From NCBI RefSeq assembly GCF_036507355.1, contig NZ_AP027878.1: DNA of 64,000 nucleotides. One strand, 5' to 3'. Below the pieces are notes generated by a model. That model did no database searches. It was not told the origin of the DNA and worked only from the letters and a program-made list of their open reading frames with translations. This document shows, piece by piece, positions 10,414 to 23,431 of this stretch. Position numbers and translations under genes: made by a program. Within the stretch, counting starts at the first letter, position 1. Each line of letters begins with the position of its first letter. Origin of the DNA: Escherichia coli. Its GTDB lineage: Bacteria; Pseudomonadota; Gammaproteobacteria; Enterobacterales; Enterobacteriaceae.

Positions 10414-10498
10414 AAGAATTACACTTCATGTAATTTATTTCCCTTTAATTTCGTATTATCAGGGTGCTCTCTGGCACCCCTTTTTATTCTAGTAAAAA

Positions 10499-11461
10499 TT
10501 AATCACTTTCCACCTCTTCCGTGGTGTTTTCTTGCAGCTCTGCCAATGCAGTACGACACAGGTTCCTGGCATTGGCTATAGCCACACTTTTGACTTCATC
10601 CGTCATCGTGCAGGTAATGTACTGATCGAGTTCTTCAGCTCGGATGATGCTTTTCCCAATCATAAACTCTATTTGCCAGAGCAGATCGGCATCCATCGTC
10701 AGTATTTCAGCCGGGCCTTCTGGGCCTGCGGGGAAGCAAACATAAGACTGTTTGCCCAGGCCGATAACTCGACAACTTGCTTCAAGAATTGCGCGCTTGA
10801 GGTCTGACTTTGTAACGGAAACAGGTTGATTTTCACCAGTGATTACGCCGTTGACATGGAAGTGGAAGGGCATGTAGCTTGAAATTCGCTCTACTTTCCA
10901 TACGCCAGCAAGCGATCCTTCATGCAGCACAATGGGGGTAACCGCGAGTTTCATCTCACCATATAACTGCTGGCAGATAGCTGGATTGCTGAATACATCC
11001 AAAGGTTCACACTCAAACAGCGGCGCAATCTGCATGAGGTCCATCATGGTCATACCAGGGGTACGAGCAGTAATGAATCTGCGCATTCCAGTATCCATTG
11101 TGCGCCAGATAGCTACACCATGCTTTTTGCTCACTTCTTCAGTAAAGCCAAGGTGGCACATGATGGTTTTTTCGATAGCCAGATCGGAGATAGAAACCTT
11201 TTCGCCTGGCACTCCATCATTATTGATGGTCACTTCGACACTCTGGCCATTACGTAGGCGGTATTGAATGGTTTTAGTATTTTGTGCTGTCATAGTCTTT
11301 TCTCTGCTTAAAAACTGATGTATTGCGCCTTCAGGTGGGTCAGGAATGTTTTCCCACCAGCGAAAGCAATATCTCGGGGTGTTCTTTTCGTGAAAAGCGC
11401 GTGCCATTGCCAACTTTGGCGTTTGTTTGCGAGTTCGTGCTTTTGTCGGCGTCTGGACCAC
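10499..11461 (-). CDS. isaB: IsaB, hypothetical protein
   Basis: 320-aa ORF with GTG start at 11461; an ATG at 11293 (MTAQNTK...) is an alternative start. Confidence 0.45.
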   Translation of the reverse strand: MVQTPTKARTRKQTPKLAMARAFHEKNTPRYCFRWWENIPDPPEGAIHQFLSREKTMTAQNTKTIQYRLRNGQSVEVTINNDGVPGEKVSISDLAIEKTIMCHLGFTEEVSKKHGVAIWRTMDTGMRRFITARTPGMTMMDLMQIAPLFECEPLDVFSNPAICQQLYGEMKLAVTPIVLHEGSLAGVWKVERISSYMPFHFHVNGVITGENQPVSVTKSDLKRAILEASCRVIGLGKQSYVCFPAGPEGPAEILTMDADLLWQIEFMIGKSIIRAEELDQYITCTMTDEVKSVAIANARNLCRTALAELQENTTEEVESD

Positions 11462-11490
11462 CGCTTTTCTTTCAGTCGTTTTTTACACAT

Positions 11491-11979
11491 TCAAAACGGA
11501 ATATCGTCGTCAAAGTCCATTGGGGGTTCGTTATTAGCGTTGCTCTGAGGTTTACCGCCACCACTGTATTGCTGGTGGTTTTGAGGTTGGTTTGATTGCC
11601 CCCAGCCATTTGAGGACTGTGAATCGTCACGGCGAGCGCCGATCATTTGCATGGTGCCGCCCTGGCTGACGATAATTTCCGTCGTGTAACGTTCTACACC
11701 GGCGTCATCTGTCCACTTACGGGTTTTAAGTTTCCCTTCGATGTAGACCTGAGAACCTTTTCGTAAATACTCACTCGCAATTTCAGCAAGTTTTCCGAAC
11801 AAAACGACTTTATGCCATTCTGTTTGCTCTTTCTGTTGGCCCGTTTGCTTGTCGCGCCATGATTCATTCGTTGCGATGCTGAGTCTTCCGACCGCGCCGC
11901 CATTTGGTATATACCTGATCTCCGGGTCTTGCCCCAGGGTACCAATCAGGATGACTTTGTTTACACCGCGTTGTGCCAC
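11491..11979 (-). CDS. ssb: Single-stranded DNA-binding protein
   Basis: 162 aa; [18 protein letters not shown]... OB-fold and acidic C-terminal tail DFDDDIPF. Confidence 0.9.
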   Translation of the reverse strand: MAQRGVNKVILIGTLGQDPEIRYIPNGGAVGRLSIATNESWRDKQTGQQKEQTEWHKVVLFGKLAEIASEYLRKGSQVYIEGKLKTRKWTDDAGVERYTTEIIVSQGGTMQMIGARRDDSQSSNGWGQSNQPQNHQQYSGGGKPQSNANNEPPMDFDDDIPF

Positions 11980-11998
11980 TTATCTTACCTAATAAAAT

Positions 11999-12015
11999 AA
12001 ATTAATTAGAGCAAT
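11999..12015. promoter_or_regulatory. C1 repressor operator upstream of ssb
   Basis: AAATTAATTAGAGCAAT, one mismatch to reverse complement of P1 operator consensus ATTGCTCTAATAAATTT. Confidence 0.6.
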
Positions 12016-12147
12016 AATGTATATCTTTGAAACGTAGCTAACAAGTGATTTGCATTATCCTGTGTCTTCTAAAGGGATCGAGTCAGTCGGTATTGGCTGT
12101 GAATGGGTGTTTGTCCTGGAGCGTAAAAATTCGCTTATGAGGTCTTT

Positions 12148-12705
12148 ATGAAGGGAAAAACAGCCGCAGGAGGCGGTGCAATTTGCGCTATCGCGGTGAT
12201 GATTACCATCGTAATGGGTAATGGCAATGTGCGAACCAACCAGGCGGGGCTTGAGCTGATTGGTAACGCTGAAGGTTGCCGACGTGATCCATACATGTGC
12301 CCGGCGGGGGTATGGACTGACGGGATCGGTAATACACACGGGGTAACGCCGGGTGTGCGAAAAACCGACCAGCAAATCGCCGCTGATTGGGAAAAGAATA
12401 TCCTGATCGCTGAACGCTGTATTAATCAGCACTTCCGGGGCAAAGACATGCCCGATAATGCCTTCAGCGCAATGACAAGCGCGGCATTCAATATGGGATG
12501 CAATAGCTTACGGACCTACTACAGCAAAGCGCGAGGCATGCGAGTCGAAACGTCCATCCACAAGTGGGCGCAGAAAGGGGAATGGGTGAATATGTGTAAC
12601 CATCTCCCTGATTTCGTGAACAGTAACGGCGTGCCCCTGCGAGGTTTAAAGATTCGCCGTGAAAAAGAACGCCAGCTTTGCCTGACGGGACTGGTCAATG
12701 AATAA
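12148..12705 (+). CDS. lyz: SAR endolysin (T4-lysozyme-like with N-terminal signal-arrest-release domain)
   Basis: 185 aa; hydrophobic N-terminus AICAIAVMITIVMG then lysozyme-like fold; matches P1 Lyz. Confidence 0.9.
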   Translation: MKGKTAAGGGAICAIAVMITIVMGNGNVRTNQAGLELIGNAEGCRRDPYMCPAGVWTDGIGNTHGVTPGVRKTDQQIAADWEKNILIAERCINQHFRGKDMPDNAFSAMTSAAFNMGCNSLRTYYSKARGMRVETSIHKWAQKGEWVNMCNHLPDFVNSNGVPLRGLKIRREKERQLCLTGLVNE

Positions 12706-12952
12706 ACTCCGGCAGCTCCGCCGACTTTCGACAATGAAGTTATCGCTGGCGGCGATAGTTTTCGACTCGATTTTCATGGCGGTATATGTGCTCAATGAGA
12801 CGTGGCCACTGGAACCGCTATTGTATGCAGGGCTTCGGCTGTGCCTGACATTTTTGAGCATGGCTGCAAGATTGATGCAGCAGAAAGAAACCGCTTCAGA
12901 TTGTCCACGCCGCGCGGTGCGCAAATATATGGCACGCAGGCGAAGGCGATAA
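12698..12952 (+). CDS. Small membrane protein overlapping lyz stop (possible lysis accessory)
   Basis: 84-aa ORF begins in ATGAATAA overlapping lyz stop, two hydrophobic segments, followed by a terminator. Confidence 0.35.
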   Translation: MNKLRQLRRLSTMKLSLAAIVFDSIFMAVYVLNETWPLEPLLYAGLRLCLTFLSMAARLMQQKETASDCPRRAVRKYMARRRRR

Positions 12953-12965
12953 TAGTTAACGAGAA

Positions 12966-12991
12966 CCCCGGCAGCTGCCGGGGTTATTTTT
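12966..12991. terminator. Intrinsic terminator between lyz region and pro
   Basis: CCCCGGCAGCTGCCGGGG palindromic stem followed by TTATTTTT. Confidence 0.65.
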
Positions 12992-12996
12992 GGTGG

Positions 12997-15727
<2,731 letters not shown>

Positions 15728-15793
15728 TTAATTAGAATAATTCACATCGTGTTTGAACGGAATTTAACACTAGTCACTTGTTAAGGATTACCA

Positions 15794-18700
15794 ATGAACA
15801 AGCTATCTATGGGGGTGTTTCGCTGTTCAAGTGTCAGCGAAATATTGAAATACATTAGGGCAATAACATCTCACCGAGCGCCGATTAAATACGGCGTGGA
15901 AAAGGTGGAAGGCAAAAGCTATGACCGACTGCGCCGGGAGGCGAATCAGAAGGCGATAGATTTGCTTAATTCGCTGGTGGACGGCGCGACACTGACAGAT
16001 GAACAGCGCCAGATCCTGGCTGGGTACACCGGTGAAGGCGGCATTGGCGGGTCCGTCTCCGAATATTACACACCAAAGCCGATCGCTGAAGGTGTCTGGG
16101 AGATCATGAAGCTCTACGGCGCGGACGTAGGTAACACTCTGGAACCATCGGCGGGCACCGGCGTTTTTAATGAGACAAAACCGGTTGGTACGGTGATGAC
16201 TGCGACTGAGATCAGCAGTGTTTCCGGTCGTATAAACCAGCTGTTACACCCGGAAGACAGCGTACAGATTTCCCCGTTCGAACAGCTGGCTGTAAGCACG
16301 CCTAACGATTCATTCGACCATGTTGTGGGTAACGTTCCGTTCGGTGGTCGTGATAACACACGCAACATCGATAAGCCTTACGCAGAAGAAACGGACATGG
16401 GTTCTTACTTCATGCTCCGCATGCTGGACAAGATAAAGCCAGGCGGATTCATGTGCGTGATTGTGCCGCCGTCCATTGTTTCAGGTTCAAACATGAAGCG
16501 GTTACGCCTGCGCCTATCACGGAAAGCTGAATTTCTTGGTGCTCACCGCTTGCCTACCGGTACTTTTGACGCAAACGGGACCAGTACAGTCGTTGATGTG
16601 GTGCTGATGCGCAAACATCCGGCAGAGATGGCTGAGAAAATCCCCCTGGTGGATGAAAGCACTCTTGAATCGGCAAATGTGCTTTGGCCAACGTTTATTT
16701 CTGGCAAGTGGTTTGAAAAGGACGGTCGCCGGTTTGTTCATGGCACCCAGGAGAAGGGATTCCAGGGGCGTATTGAGGTTCGTGCCGACGGGCAGATTGA
16801 TAACCAGGCTCTTAAAGCGAAGCTGATTCATCGTTTCGAAAGTCGTATCGACTGGTCTTTGCTCAATATGGCTGAACCGTCACCGACCGCAGACGTTGTT
16901 GATGAAGGGGAAATGCGCCTGATTAATGGCGTATGGCAAAAATATGCTGGTGGTCGCTGGATTGAATCTGATGCAGGGAAGGAGCTGAAGATTGATGTTG
17001 CCAGTTATGGCGCGGACAGCTGGGAGGCTCTTCAGCGTAACCTGACTACAACAGAAGGCCGTCTCGGTATGACATTTACCCAGATGGCAAATGTCCGCGA
17101 TAAGTACACCACATCAATCAGCGACGATATGGTGCAGCTGGTGGACTGGATTAACAGCCAGCCTGAAAAATACCGTGAACGCTTGTATCGCGGGGCGATG
17201 ATTGGCCGGATGTTAATTGAATATCAGGACATGAAGGCCGCCGGGCATAGTGCTGAACAAATCGAACAGCAGCGCCTTTCTCTGGTATCCCGTTTGCAGG
17301 CAGAGATTGACCGTTTTGGTAACCCCGGTCGCGGTCCGATAGCGAAATTATCGGGGAGCGGTGCGCGCGCCTGGTTTGCTTTCCGTGGTGCAATTAAGCT
17401 GGATGGCACTATTTCTGACGAGCTGACAGGAAAACTGGTTACGCATGATTCCAGCGCCAGTTATGACTCCACCAGCTATCAGGACACCCTGCGTTATCTC
17501 TACAGTGATCTCACTCGCGATCCAATCCAGCTCGATGATTTCCGCCTTGCGTTTACCGGCGAACTGCCAGCCAGTGATGACGAGTTGCTTAATTTATTGG
17601 CCAGCACCCCTGGCATTGCGGTTTCACCGTATGGCGGGATTGTTCCGTTCGCCCGCGCCACCAGCGGCGACATTAACGAGATAGTGGCACCAAAACAGGA
17701 ATTCCTTGCCACACTCCCCGACGGTCCAGTAAAGAACAACGTCCTTAATCAGTTGGCAGCGATCGAAGAGAAGCGCATCAAGACGCCAGCAGAGAATATC
17801 CGCTTTAAGCTCAATAGCCGTTGGTTCGACCGTTCCGTCATTCTGGAATTTTTGCAGGAAAACGGCTATCCGGATCTGCGCTATGTGCAGTCAGTGCAGC
17901 TGGAAGGCGACGAAATGGTTTCTGACACCTATCACGGTGGTGATGGTCTGTTCGTCGGGCACCGATACGGTGTCGTCCAGCGCAAGGATAAAGAAACAGG
18001 CGAGATCCGCTACGAGTGGGATCGTAAATCAGGTGAAAACGCGACCGGGTTCCCGGCACAGCTGGAAAAGTATCTCAATGGTGCGCGTATCGGTGGCAAA
18101 GATAGCGCGACGGCGAACGGCTACCGCGAGCAGATGGCACTGCTTGAGGACCAGTTCAATAAGTGGATCAAGACGCACGATCGCTACGATGAACTGGTTG
18201 CCAAATACAACGATGTGTTCAATAGCAATATCCCGTATGAACACTCTGGCGATCCGCTTGGGTTGAAGGGATTAAGCGGTAAGCGCCAGCCATTTGATTA
18301 CCAGAATAGCGAAGTGCGCCGACTGTCCGAAGATGGGCGCGGCATCCTGGGCTTCGGCACTGGGCTGGGTAAAACTACGACCGCGCTGGCGCTTGAGGCG
18401 TTCAACTATGAGAACGGTCGCTCCACCCGTACTGCGTATGTAGTGCCTAAATCAGTGCTGGAAAATTGGTATTACGAAGCTAAAGAATTCCTGAGTGAAG
18501 AGGCATTCAGTAACTACTTGTTCGTCGGTCTTGATGTGCTGATGGATGGCGATCAGATTCGCCAGGTGCCGGTGCTCGATGAGAACGGTAAACCTGTTCT
18601 TGGTACTGATGGCACTCCAGTTATGCGCGATGCTCTTAAGCTGGCAGATGAAGCCACTATCACGGCGCGGATGAATGCGATCCCGCACTCAAATTACCGT

Positions 18701-21700
18701 GCAGTCGTGTTTACCAAAGAACAATACGCCCGCATTCCGCTACGTGATGACACCGTAGATGAGCATGCACAAGACATGCTTTATGACTTCGTTGCTGCCG
18801 GACGTGTGGCCAGCGCAATGGATTCCGATTCCCATCGCAAAGAGGCCGCGCGTCGCCGGGTATTGTCGGAGTATTCAGATACCGGCACCGAAAAAGCAGA
18901 GAAGTATCCGTACTTTGAGGATATGGGCTTCGATAGTGTGATCGCCGACGAAGGCCACAACTACCGCAATAGCTATAAAAATGGTCGCGAAGCGTCACAG
19001 CTAGCCTATCTGCCCACCAGCGCGGTAGCGCAATCGGCGCGAGATATGGCAATTAAAAACGCGTACCTGATGAAAAAGAATGGTGGGCGCGGGCCGGTTC
19101 TCCTGACTGCAACGCCAGTCGTTAACACCCCGATCGATGCATACAACATGCTTTCTCATGTTCTGCCGAAGGAATACTGGCAGAACATGGGGATCTACGG
19201 TCCTGATGACTTCGTTAAATTCTTCGGCAAGACCAGGCTGGAAACGGTACAGAAAATTAGCGGTGAAGTTGAAGAAAAAATGGCGCTGGTGGGCTTTGAA
19301 AACCTTGATGCGCTGCGCGGTATATTCCATCGCTGGGTAACGCTTAAAACGGCGGAAGACGTTAAGGATACCGTGGAGATCCCGGAGCTGGACGAACACC
19401 AGCAGGATGCACCACTTACTGAAGAACAACTGGCGGCGTATGAAGAATTGCGTCAGCAGGCGGAAGCGGCGGCCAAAGCCAACAATGGCGTAACGACCTC
19501 GGTCAATGAAGACGGCGTGATTGAGCACGAGAAAGCCCGTCCGATCTTCTCAATAATCAGGGATATGGACCGCGTATGTACTGACATGGACCTGTACTAT
19601 CGCCGGATCACCTATCGTTTCCTGCCGGAGTACGCCGATGCGGTGCAGCAGCTGGCGGACAGTTTGCCTAAACAAGCCACCAGCGAAGACGACGACAGTG
19701 ATGATTCAATCACGCAGCAATCGCAATACTCCCTGATAGATAAGGGCGAGTTTATTCAGTTGCAGGTTCCGGAAGCGTTCGAGCAGGAAGTGAATAAGCG
19801 CCTGGCCAGGTTTGGCATTGACGAACAGACCGTAACTCACCCCGTTACGCCCAAATACGCGAAGCTGATTGCCACGCTGAAGGAGTTTTTCCCGGAAGGT
19901 AAGCAAATCATCTTCACCGATGAAAAAACGCAGCACCAGAAGCTCAAGCGCATTATCTGCAATGCTCTTAACCTTGAACCTTCAAAGGTGGGGATACTGA
20001 ATGCTCAGACGGTTGCCGAGGCAGGTAAAACCGGTAAGAAACTGAAAGCGGTTAAACCGCCGAAAGAGTTACCGGATGAACCAACAGATGCACAGATAGC
20101 GAAATACAACGAGCAAATGGCTCTGTATGACGCCTATATCGCGCAGCAAAATGAAATGTCGTTGGGCGGTCTGGAAAAGATTGCAGCCGACTTCCAGGAG
20201 GGCCGGACTCCGATCATCATCTGCAACAAAAAGGCAGAGGTGGGTATCAACCTGCATCGAGGAACGACTGACATCCATCATCTGACGTTGCCATGGACTC
20301 CAGCCAGTATTGCGCAACGAAACGGTCGCGGTGCCCGAGTTGGCTCCAACCGTGCAAGCGTTCGCGTTCACTACTACTGCGGCAAGGGGTCTTTCGATGA
20401 ATACCGACTGAAGACGCTGAAGCGTAAAGCAGGCTGGATCTCCGATATCCTCCGTTCAGATAAGTCAGAAATGGAGAACGCCGACGCCAACGATATGATC
20501 GAAATGCAGATGTATACCGCGAAGGATGACGGCGAACGTCTGGCAATGATGCAGGTTCAAATGGATAAGGCGAAAGCTGCGAAACGCGCTCGCCAGAAAG
20601 AACAGGCTACTATCGACCTTCAGAACTACATCAAGGCGCAGCACGCAGCTGGTGAGGATGTGGAGGTACTTACCGCTGAATTGGAGCGAAGCAAAGCGGA
20701 ACTTGAAAAGACCACCGCCGACGTCGCCAAATTCAAACAGGCGGTAATGGCCAAAGCAGCTGATAACGCAGACTGGAAAGCCCGCTGGGGTAGCGTCCAT
20801 CACACAGACCGTATGTTGTTAGCACAGTATCGCGCGTCGTTGAAAAGCGCCATTCAGCGCAAGGCTAATATCTCTCAGGCCATCTCCCGCTATGAGAAAT
20901 TATTGAACCGTACTCAGAAGGCCGCGACGGATATCAAACGCCTGCGCCCGCTGGTGGAGGATGCAATAAATAAAGGCATTCTGGATGTTGATCCTGATCT
21001 GGTTAACCATGCGAATGAGTTCCTTGTTATCGGCGATCGCTCATGGCGTGTAGGCCAATACTATGATTGTGCCGGTGATATCGTTCGCATTAAGTCGCTG
21101 GACTTCGACAGCCAGCGCGCAGACGTGGAGATCATCTTTACCTTCAAAGGCACCAAATCGGGTAACTGGGATGTGAAGACGCTGGATAAACAGGTTGATG
21201 TAACTCCCGATGAAGATGCTGTTATGCAGAAAATCAGTGGTGGCGTCTCCATCGCCGGGATTAACGACATCGTTTCCTGTGACGATTTCTACCGTTTCCA
21301 GCAGCGCGGCATGATCAAAATCACTGACTCATACGGCGTTCAGACTACAGAGTCAGGCTATAGCATTGATTTTGTTGGTACCTATACGGACCCACTGAAG
21401 CATGCGGTTTACCCGGATCGCCGTGACGGCGCGCTGAAGTCGTCAATTGCAAAATGGGTGCTTGGTATGATGTCGGAAGGGAATAACCGCCAGATCCGTT
21501 CGGCAGAAGCATTCCTGGTTGAACTGTTTGGCTCCAATTATGGCGATGTAATCGCATCATACGGAGATACGCTATCCCCTGAAGCACTTCAGGAGAAAAT
21601 AGCGGATGCGATCGCCAGAATGCCGGAGAAAACAAGCCAGGGGGCTACTCGTAACGGGGATTCTGAACTTGAAGTCACCAATGCCATTTTCGGTACCAAT

Positions 21701-22561
21701 GAGTTCCGGGCGTCAGATTATGAGATCACCACAGCACAGTTTGGCACCATTGGCATTTACAGCAATAAAGCCGAGATCAAGCAGGCAATGGACGCAGCAA
21801 GCGCGCGCATCGCAGCAGAACGGGAAGCCAATCTGAATCATGCAGTCGCCGCGCTGACTCAATCGTGGGTAACAGCAATCAGGGAGGCCGCCACCACAGG
21901 GAAAATCACACCTGCAATAGCGGATGTCGTAAACGACGGCTCTAAATTTATGGATGCCTATCAAATGGATGCGGTGAAGTTGCCATCAGCCTATGGTCAA
22001 CTCAGCTATCGCATGACCTACAACCTGGTATCAATGTTTTCCGACCTTGCCATCCTTGGGCTGGTGGATCTTAACGAGGTTACGCCGGAATTGCTCAGCA
22101 TGCGCAAGAATCATGTGGAGATATTGCAGAGAATTAACACGGTTCTTGCCGGGCGCACCGATGAAGAGAAACAGGCCGACGCTGATCGGATAAACCTGGC
22201 CCTTGGCAACATCACGGAGGAAGAGATTGCCGCCAGAAACGAGAAACAAGAAGAGTTATCATCAATACAGGGTGATGCCACCAGCATAGCTCAGTCTCTT
22301 GGTCTGAATTATCGCGTATCCACCGCCGACCTGAAGATGATGTACGCACCAAAATTCGCCGCTGGCGAGGTATTTGGGCTTCAGGAAGCCTCAGGCATGA
22401 AAGGCGTTCTTTTCCGTGCGAAAGACGCAATCAAGGCGAAATTCGGCGCTCGCTGGCTGCCAGCGAAGGCGAAGAACAGCGATTTCCCGGGTAACTGGTG
22501 GATTATCGAGACAAAACACAACGTGGCGGACGTTCTGGCCGTCATCCAACAATACGCATAA
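15794..22561 (+). CDS. darB: DarB, giant anti-restriction protein (N6-adenine methyltransferase plus DExH helicase)
   Basis: 2255 aa; NVPFGG MTase-like motif, GFGTGLGKTTTA Walker A, VIADEGHNYRN DExH box; length equals P1 DarB. Confidence 0.85.
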   Translation: MNKLSMGVFRCSSVSEILKYIRAITSHRAPIKYGVEKVEGKSYDRLRREANQKAIDLLNSLVDGATLTDEQRQILAGYTGEGGIGGSVSEYYTPKPIAEGVWEIMKLYGADVGNTLEPSAGTGVFNETKPVGTVMTATEISSVSGRINQLLHPEDSVQISPFEQLAVSTPNDSFDHVVGNVPFGGRDNTRNIDKPYAEETDMGSYFMLRMLDKIKPGGFMCVIVPPSIVSGSNMKRLRLRLSRKAEFLGAHRLPTGTFDANGTSTVVDVVLMRKHPAEMAEKIPLVDESTLESANVLWPTFISGKWFEKDGRRFVHGTQEKGFQGRIEVRADGQIDNQALKAKLIHRFESRIDWSLLNMAEPSPTADVVDEGEMRLINGVWQKYAGGRWIESDAGKELKIDVASYGADSWEALQRNLTTTEGRLGMTFTQMANVRDKYTTSISDDMVQLVDWINSQPEKYRERLYRGAMIGRMLIEYQDMKAAGHSAEQIEQQRLSLVSRLQAEIDRFGNPGRGPIAKLSGSGARAWFAFRGAIKLDGTISDELTGKLVTHDSSASYDSTSYQDTLRYLYSDLTRDPIQLDDFRLAFTGELPASDDELLNLLASTPGIAVSPYGGIVPFARATSGDINEIVAPKQEFLATLPDGPVKNNVLNQLAAIEEKRIKTPAENIRFKLNSRWFDRSVILEFLQENGYPDLRYVQSVQLEGDEMVSDTYHGGDGLFVGHRYGVVQRKDKETGEIRYEWDRKSGENATGFPAQLEKYLNGARIGGKDSATANGYREQMALLEDQFNKWIKTHDRYDELVAKYNDVFNSNIPYEHSGDPLGLKGLSGKRQPFDYQNSEVRRLSEDGRGILGFGTGLGKTTTALALEAFNYENGRSTRTAYVVPKSVLENWYYEAKEFLSEEAFSNYLFVGLDVLMDGDQIRQVPVLDENGKPVLGTDGTPVMRDALKLADEATITARMNAIPHSNYRAVVFTKEQYARIPLRDDTVDEHAQDMLYDFVAAGRVASAMDSDSHRKEAARRRVLSEYSDTGTEKAEKYPYFEDMGFDSVIADEGHNYRNSYKNGREASQLAYLPTSAVAQSARDMAIKNAYLMKKNGGRGPVLLTATPVVNTPIDAYNMLSHVLPKEYWQNMGIYGPDDFVKFFGKTRLETVQKISGEVEEKMALVGFENLDALRGIFHRWVTLKTAEDVKDTVEIPELDEHQQDAPLTEEQLAAYEELRQQAEAAAKANNGVTTSVNEDGVIEHEKARPIFSIIRDMDRVCTDMDLYYRRITYRFLPEYADAVQQLADSLPKQATSEDDDSDDSITQQSQYSLIDKGEFIQLQVPEAFEQEVNKRLARFGIDEQTVTHPVTPKYAKLIATLKEFFPEGKQIIFTDEKTQHQKLKRIICNALNLEPSKVGILNAQTVAEAGKTGKKLKAVKPPKELPDEPTDAQIAKYNEQMALYDAYIAQQNEMSLGGLEKIAADFQEGRTPIIICNKKAEVGINLHRGTTDIHHLTLPWTPASIAQRNGRGARVGSNRASVRVHYYCGKGSFDEYRLKTLKRKAGWISDILRSDKSEMENADANDMIEMQMYTAKDDGERLAMMQVQMDKAKAAKRARQKEQATIDLQNYIKAQHAAGEDVEVLTAELERSKAELEKTTADVAKFKQAVMAKAADNADWKARWGSVHHTDRMLLAQYRASLKSAIQRKANISQAISRYEKLLNRTQKAATDIKRLRPLVEDAINKGILDVDPDLVNHANEFLVIGDRSWRVGQYYDCAGDIVRIKSLDFDSQRADVEIIFTFKGTKSGNWDVKTLDKQVDVTPDEDAVMQKISGGVSIAGINDIVSCDDFYRFQQRGMIKITDSYGVQTTESGYSIDFVGTYTDPLKHAVYPDRRDGALKSSIAKWVLGMMSEGNNRQIRSAEAFLVELFGSNYGDVIASYGDTLSPEALQEKIADAIARMPEKTSQGATRNGDSELEVTNAIFGTNEFRASDYEITTAQFGTIGIYSNKAEIKQAMDAASARIAAEREANLNHAVAALTQSWVTAIREAATTGKITPAIADVVNDGSKFMDAYQMDAVKLPSAYGQLSYRMTYNLVSMFSDLAILGLVDLNEVTPELLSMRKNHVEILQRINTVLAGRTDEEKQADADRINLALGNITEEEIAARNEKQEELSSIQGDATSIAQSLGLNYRVSTADLKMMYAPKFAAGEVFGLQEASGMKGVLFRAKDAIKAKFGARWLPAKAKNSDFPGNWWIIETKHNVADVLAVIQQYA

Positions 22562-22594
22562 CAGGAGCGCCCGGTTCGCCGGGCGTCGCATAAT

Positions 22595-23035
22595 ATGGCC
22601 ACACTATCTGATACAATAAAACCGAATAAAACATATCTTGAGGCGGTACTCCGTACAGCGTTGTTAGGAAAGACAGAAGACGAATACGTTGATTTCTTCC
22701 TGTCAGGGCTACGCGGGCGATTACTGAAAAATCCCCGCCTGTACCGCAGCTATGGTCCATACTGGCCGGAAATTAAAAAATTATTACTGGAGCGCGGTTA
22801 TGGTAATTTCGGTCGTCTCGTTGACCGTGACGTTCGCAAAATTTACCGTTATGACCGCCCGGCGCTGACACTCATAGCCGCGACGCTCTACAGCCAGGAG
22901 CGTTTTGATAATGGTCAGATATACTCAGCCTGGCATTTACTGCCAGTGCCTGAAGAGGTTGACGACCAGGACTATGAGTTTGAGTCTTACGATTTGGAAG
23001 TTGAAGCCTTAGCACAGGCTGGAGAGAAAACTTGA
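22595..23035 (+). CDS. ulx: Ulx (upstream of lxc), hypothetical
   Basis: 146-aa ORF between darB and lxc. Confidence 0.45.
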   Translation: MATLSDTIKPNKTYLEAVLRTALLGKTEDEYVDFFLSGLRGRLLKNPRLYRSYGPYWPEIKKLLLERGYGNFGRLVDRDVRKIYRYDRPALTLIAATLYSQERFDNGQIYSAWHLLPVPEEVDDQDYEFESYDLEVEALAQAGEKT

Positions 23036-23280
23036 AAAAGCGATACTACACAGTAAAGCATGGGACGCTACGAGCATTACAAGAGTTTGCTGACAAGCAT
23101 AACGTTGAGGTGCGCAGGGAAGGGGGAAGTAAAGCTCTGCGCATGTACCGTCCGGACGGGAAATGGCGGACGGTCGTCGATTTCAAAACAAACAGTGTTC
23201 CCCAGGGCGTCCGTGACCGGGCATTCGAAGAATGGGAGCAGATCATCATAGATAATGCATTGCTTCTCAATGCGGATTAA
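23032..23280 (+). CDS. lxc: Lxc, small modulator of C1 repression
   Basis: 82-aa ORF overlapping ulx stop; size and position match P1 lxc. Confidence 0.55.
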   Translation: MKKRYYTVKHGTLRALQEFADKHNVEVRREGGSKALRMYRPDGKWRTVVDFKTNSVPQGVRDRAFEEWEQIIIDNALLLNAD

Positions 23281-23431
23281 ACTTCCCCAAATTATGGCTG
23301 TTTGCTCACCGAGCATCGCTCAAAGAAGCACGATTCTTCAAACATATAGATAGTGATAGTGCCACAACTTCTGGCTCTAACGGGCTGGGGAGGCGGCGCT
23401 TTGTTGCTAAATGATCTGGTTTAAAATGGAT

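Noticed and set aside
15774-15782. TCACTTGTT element shared between the darB and lyz upstream regions as a possible late-promoter motif
   Set aside because: Positions relative to the start codons differ (12 bp versus 100 bp) and only two copies were found; insufficient support.
22567-22586. GC stem-loop with UUCG loop after darB as a terminator
   Set aside because: No downstream T run and ulx starts 9 bp later; more likely an RNA stability element or coincidental.
16114-22602. Numerous short ORFs on both strands within darB
   Set aside because: All nested inside the single uninterrupted 2255-codon frame; no independent RBS or context.
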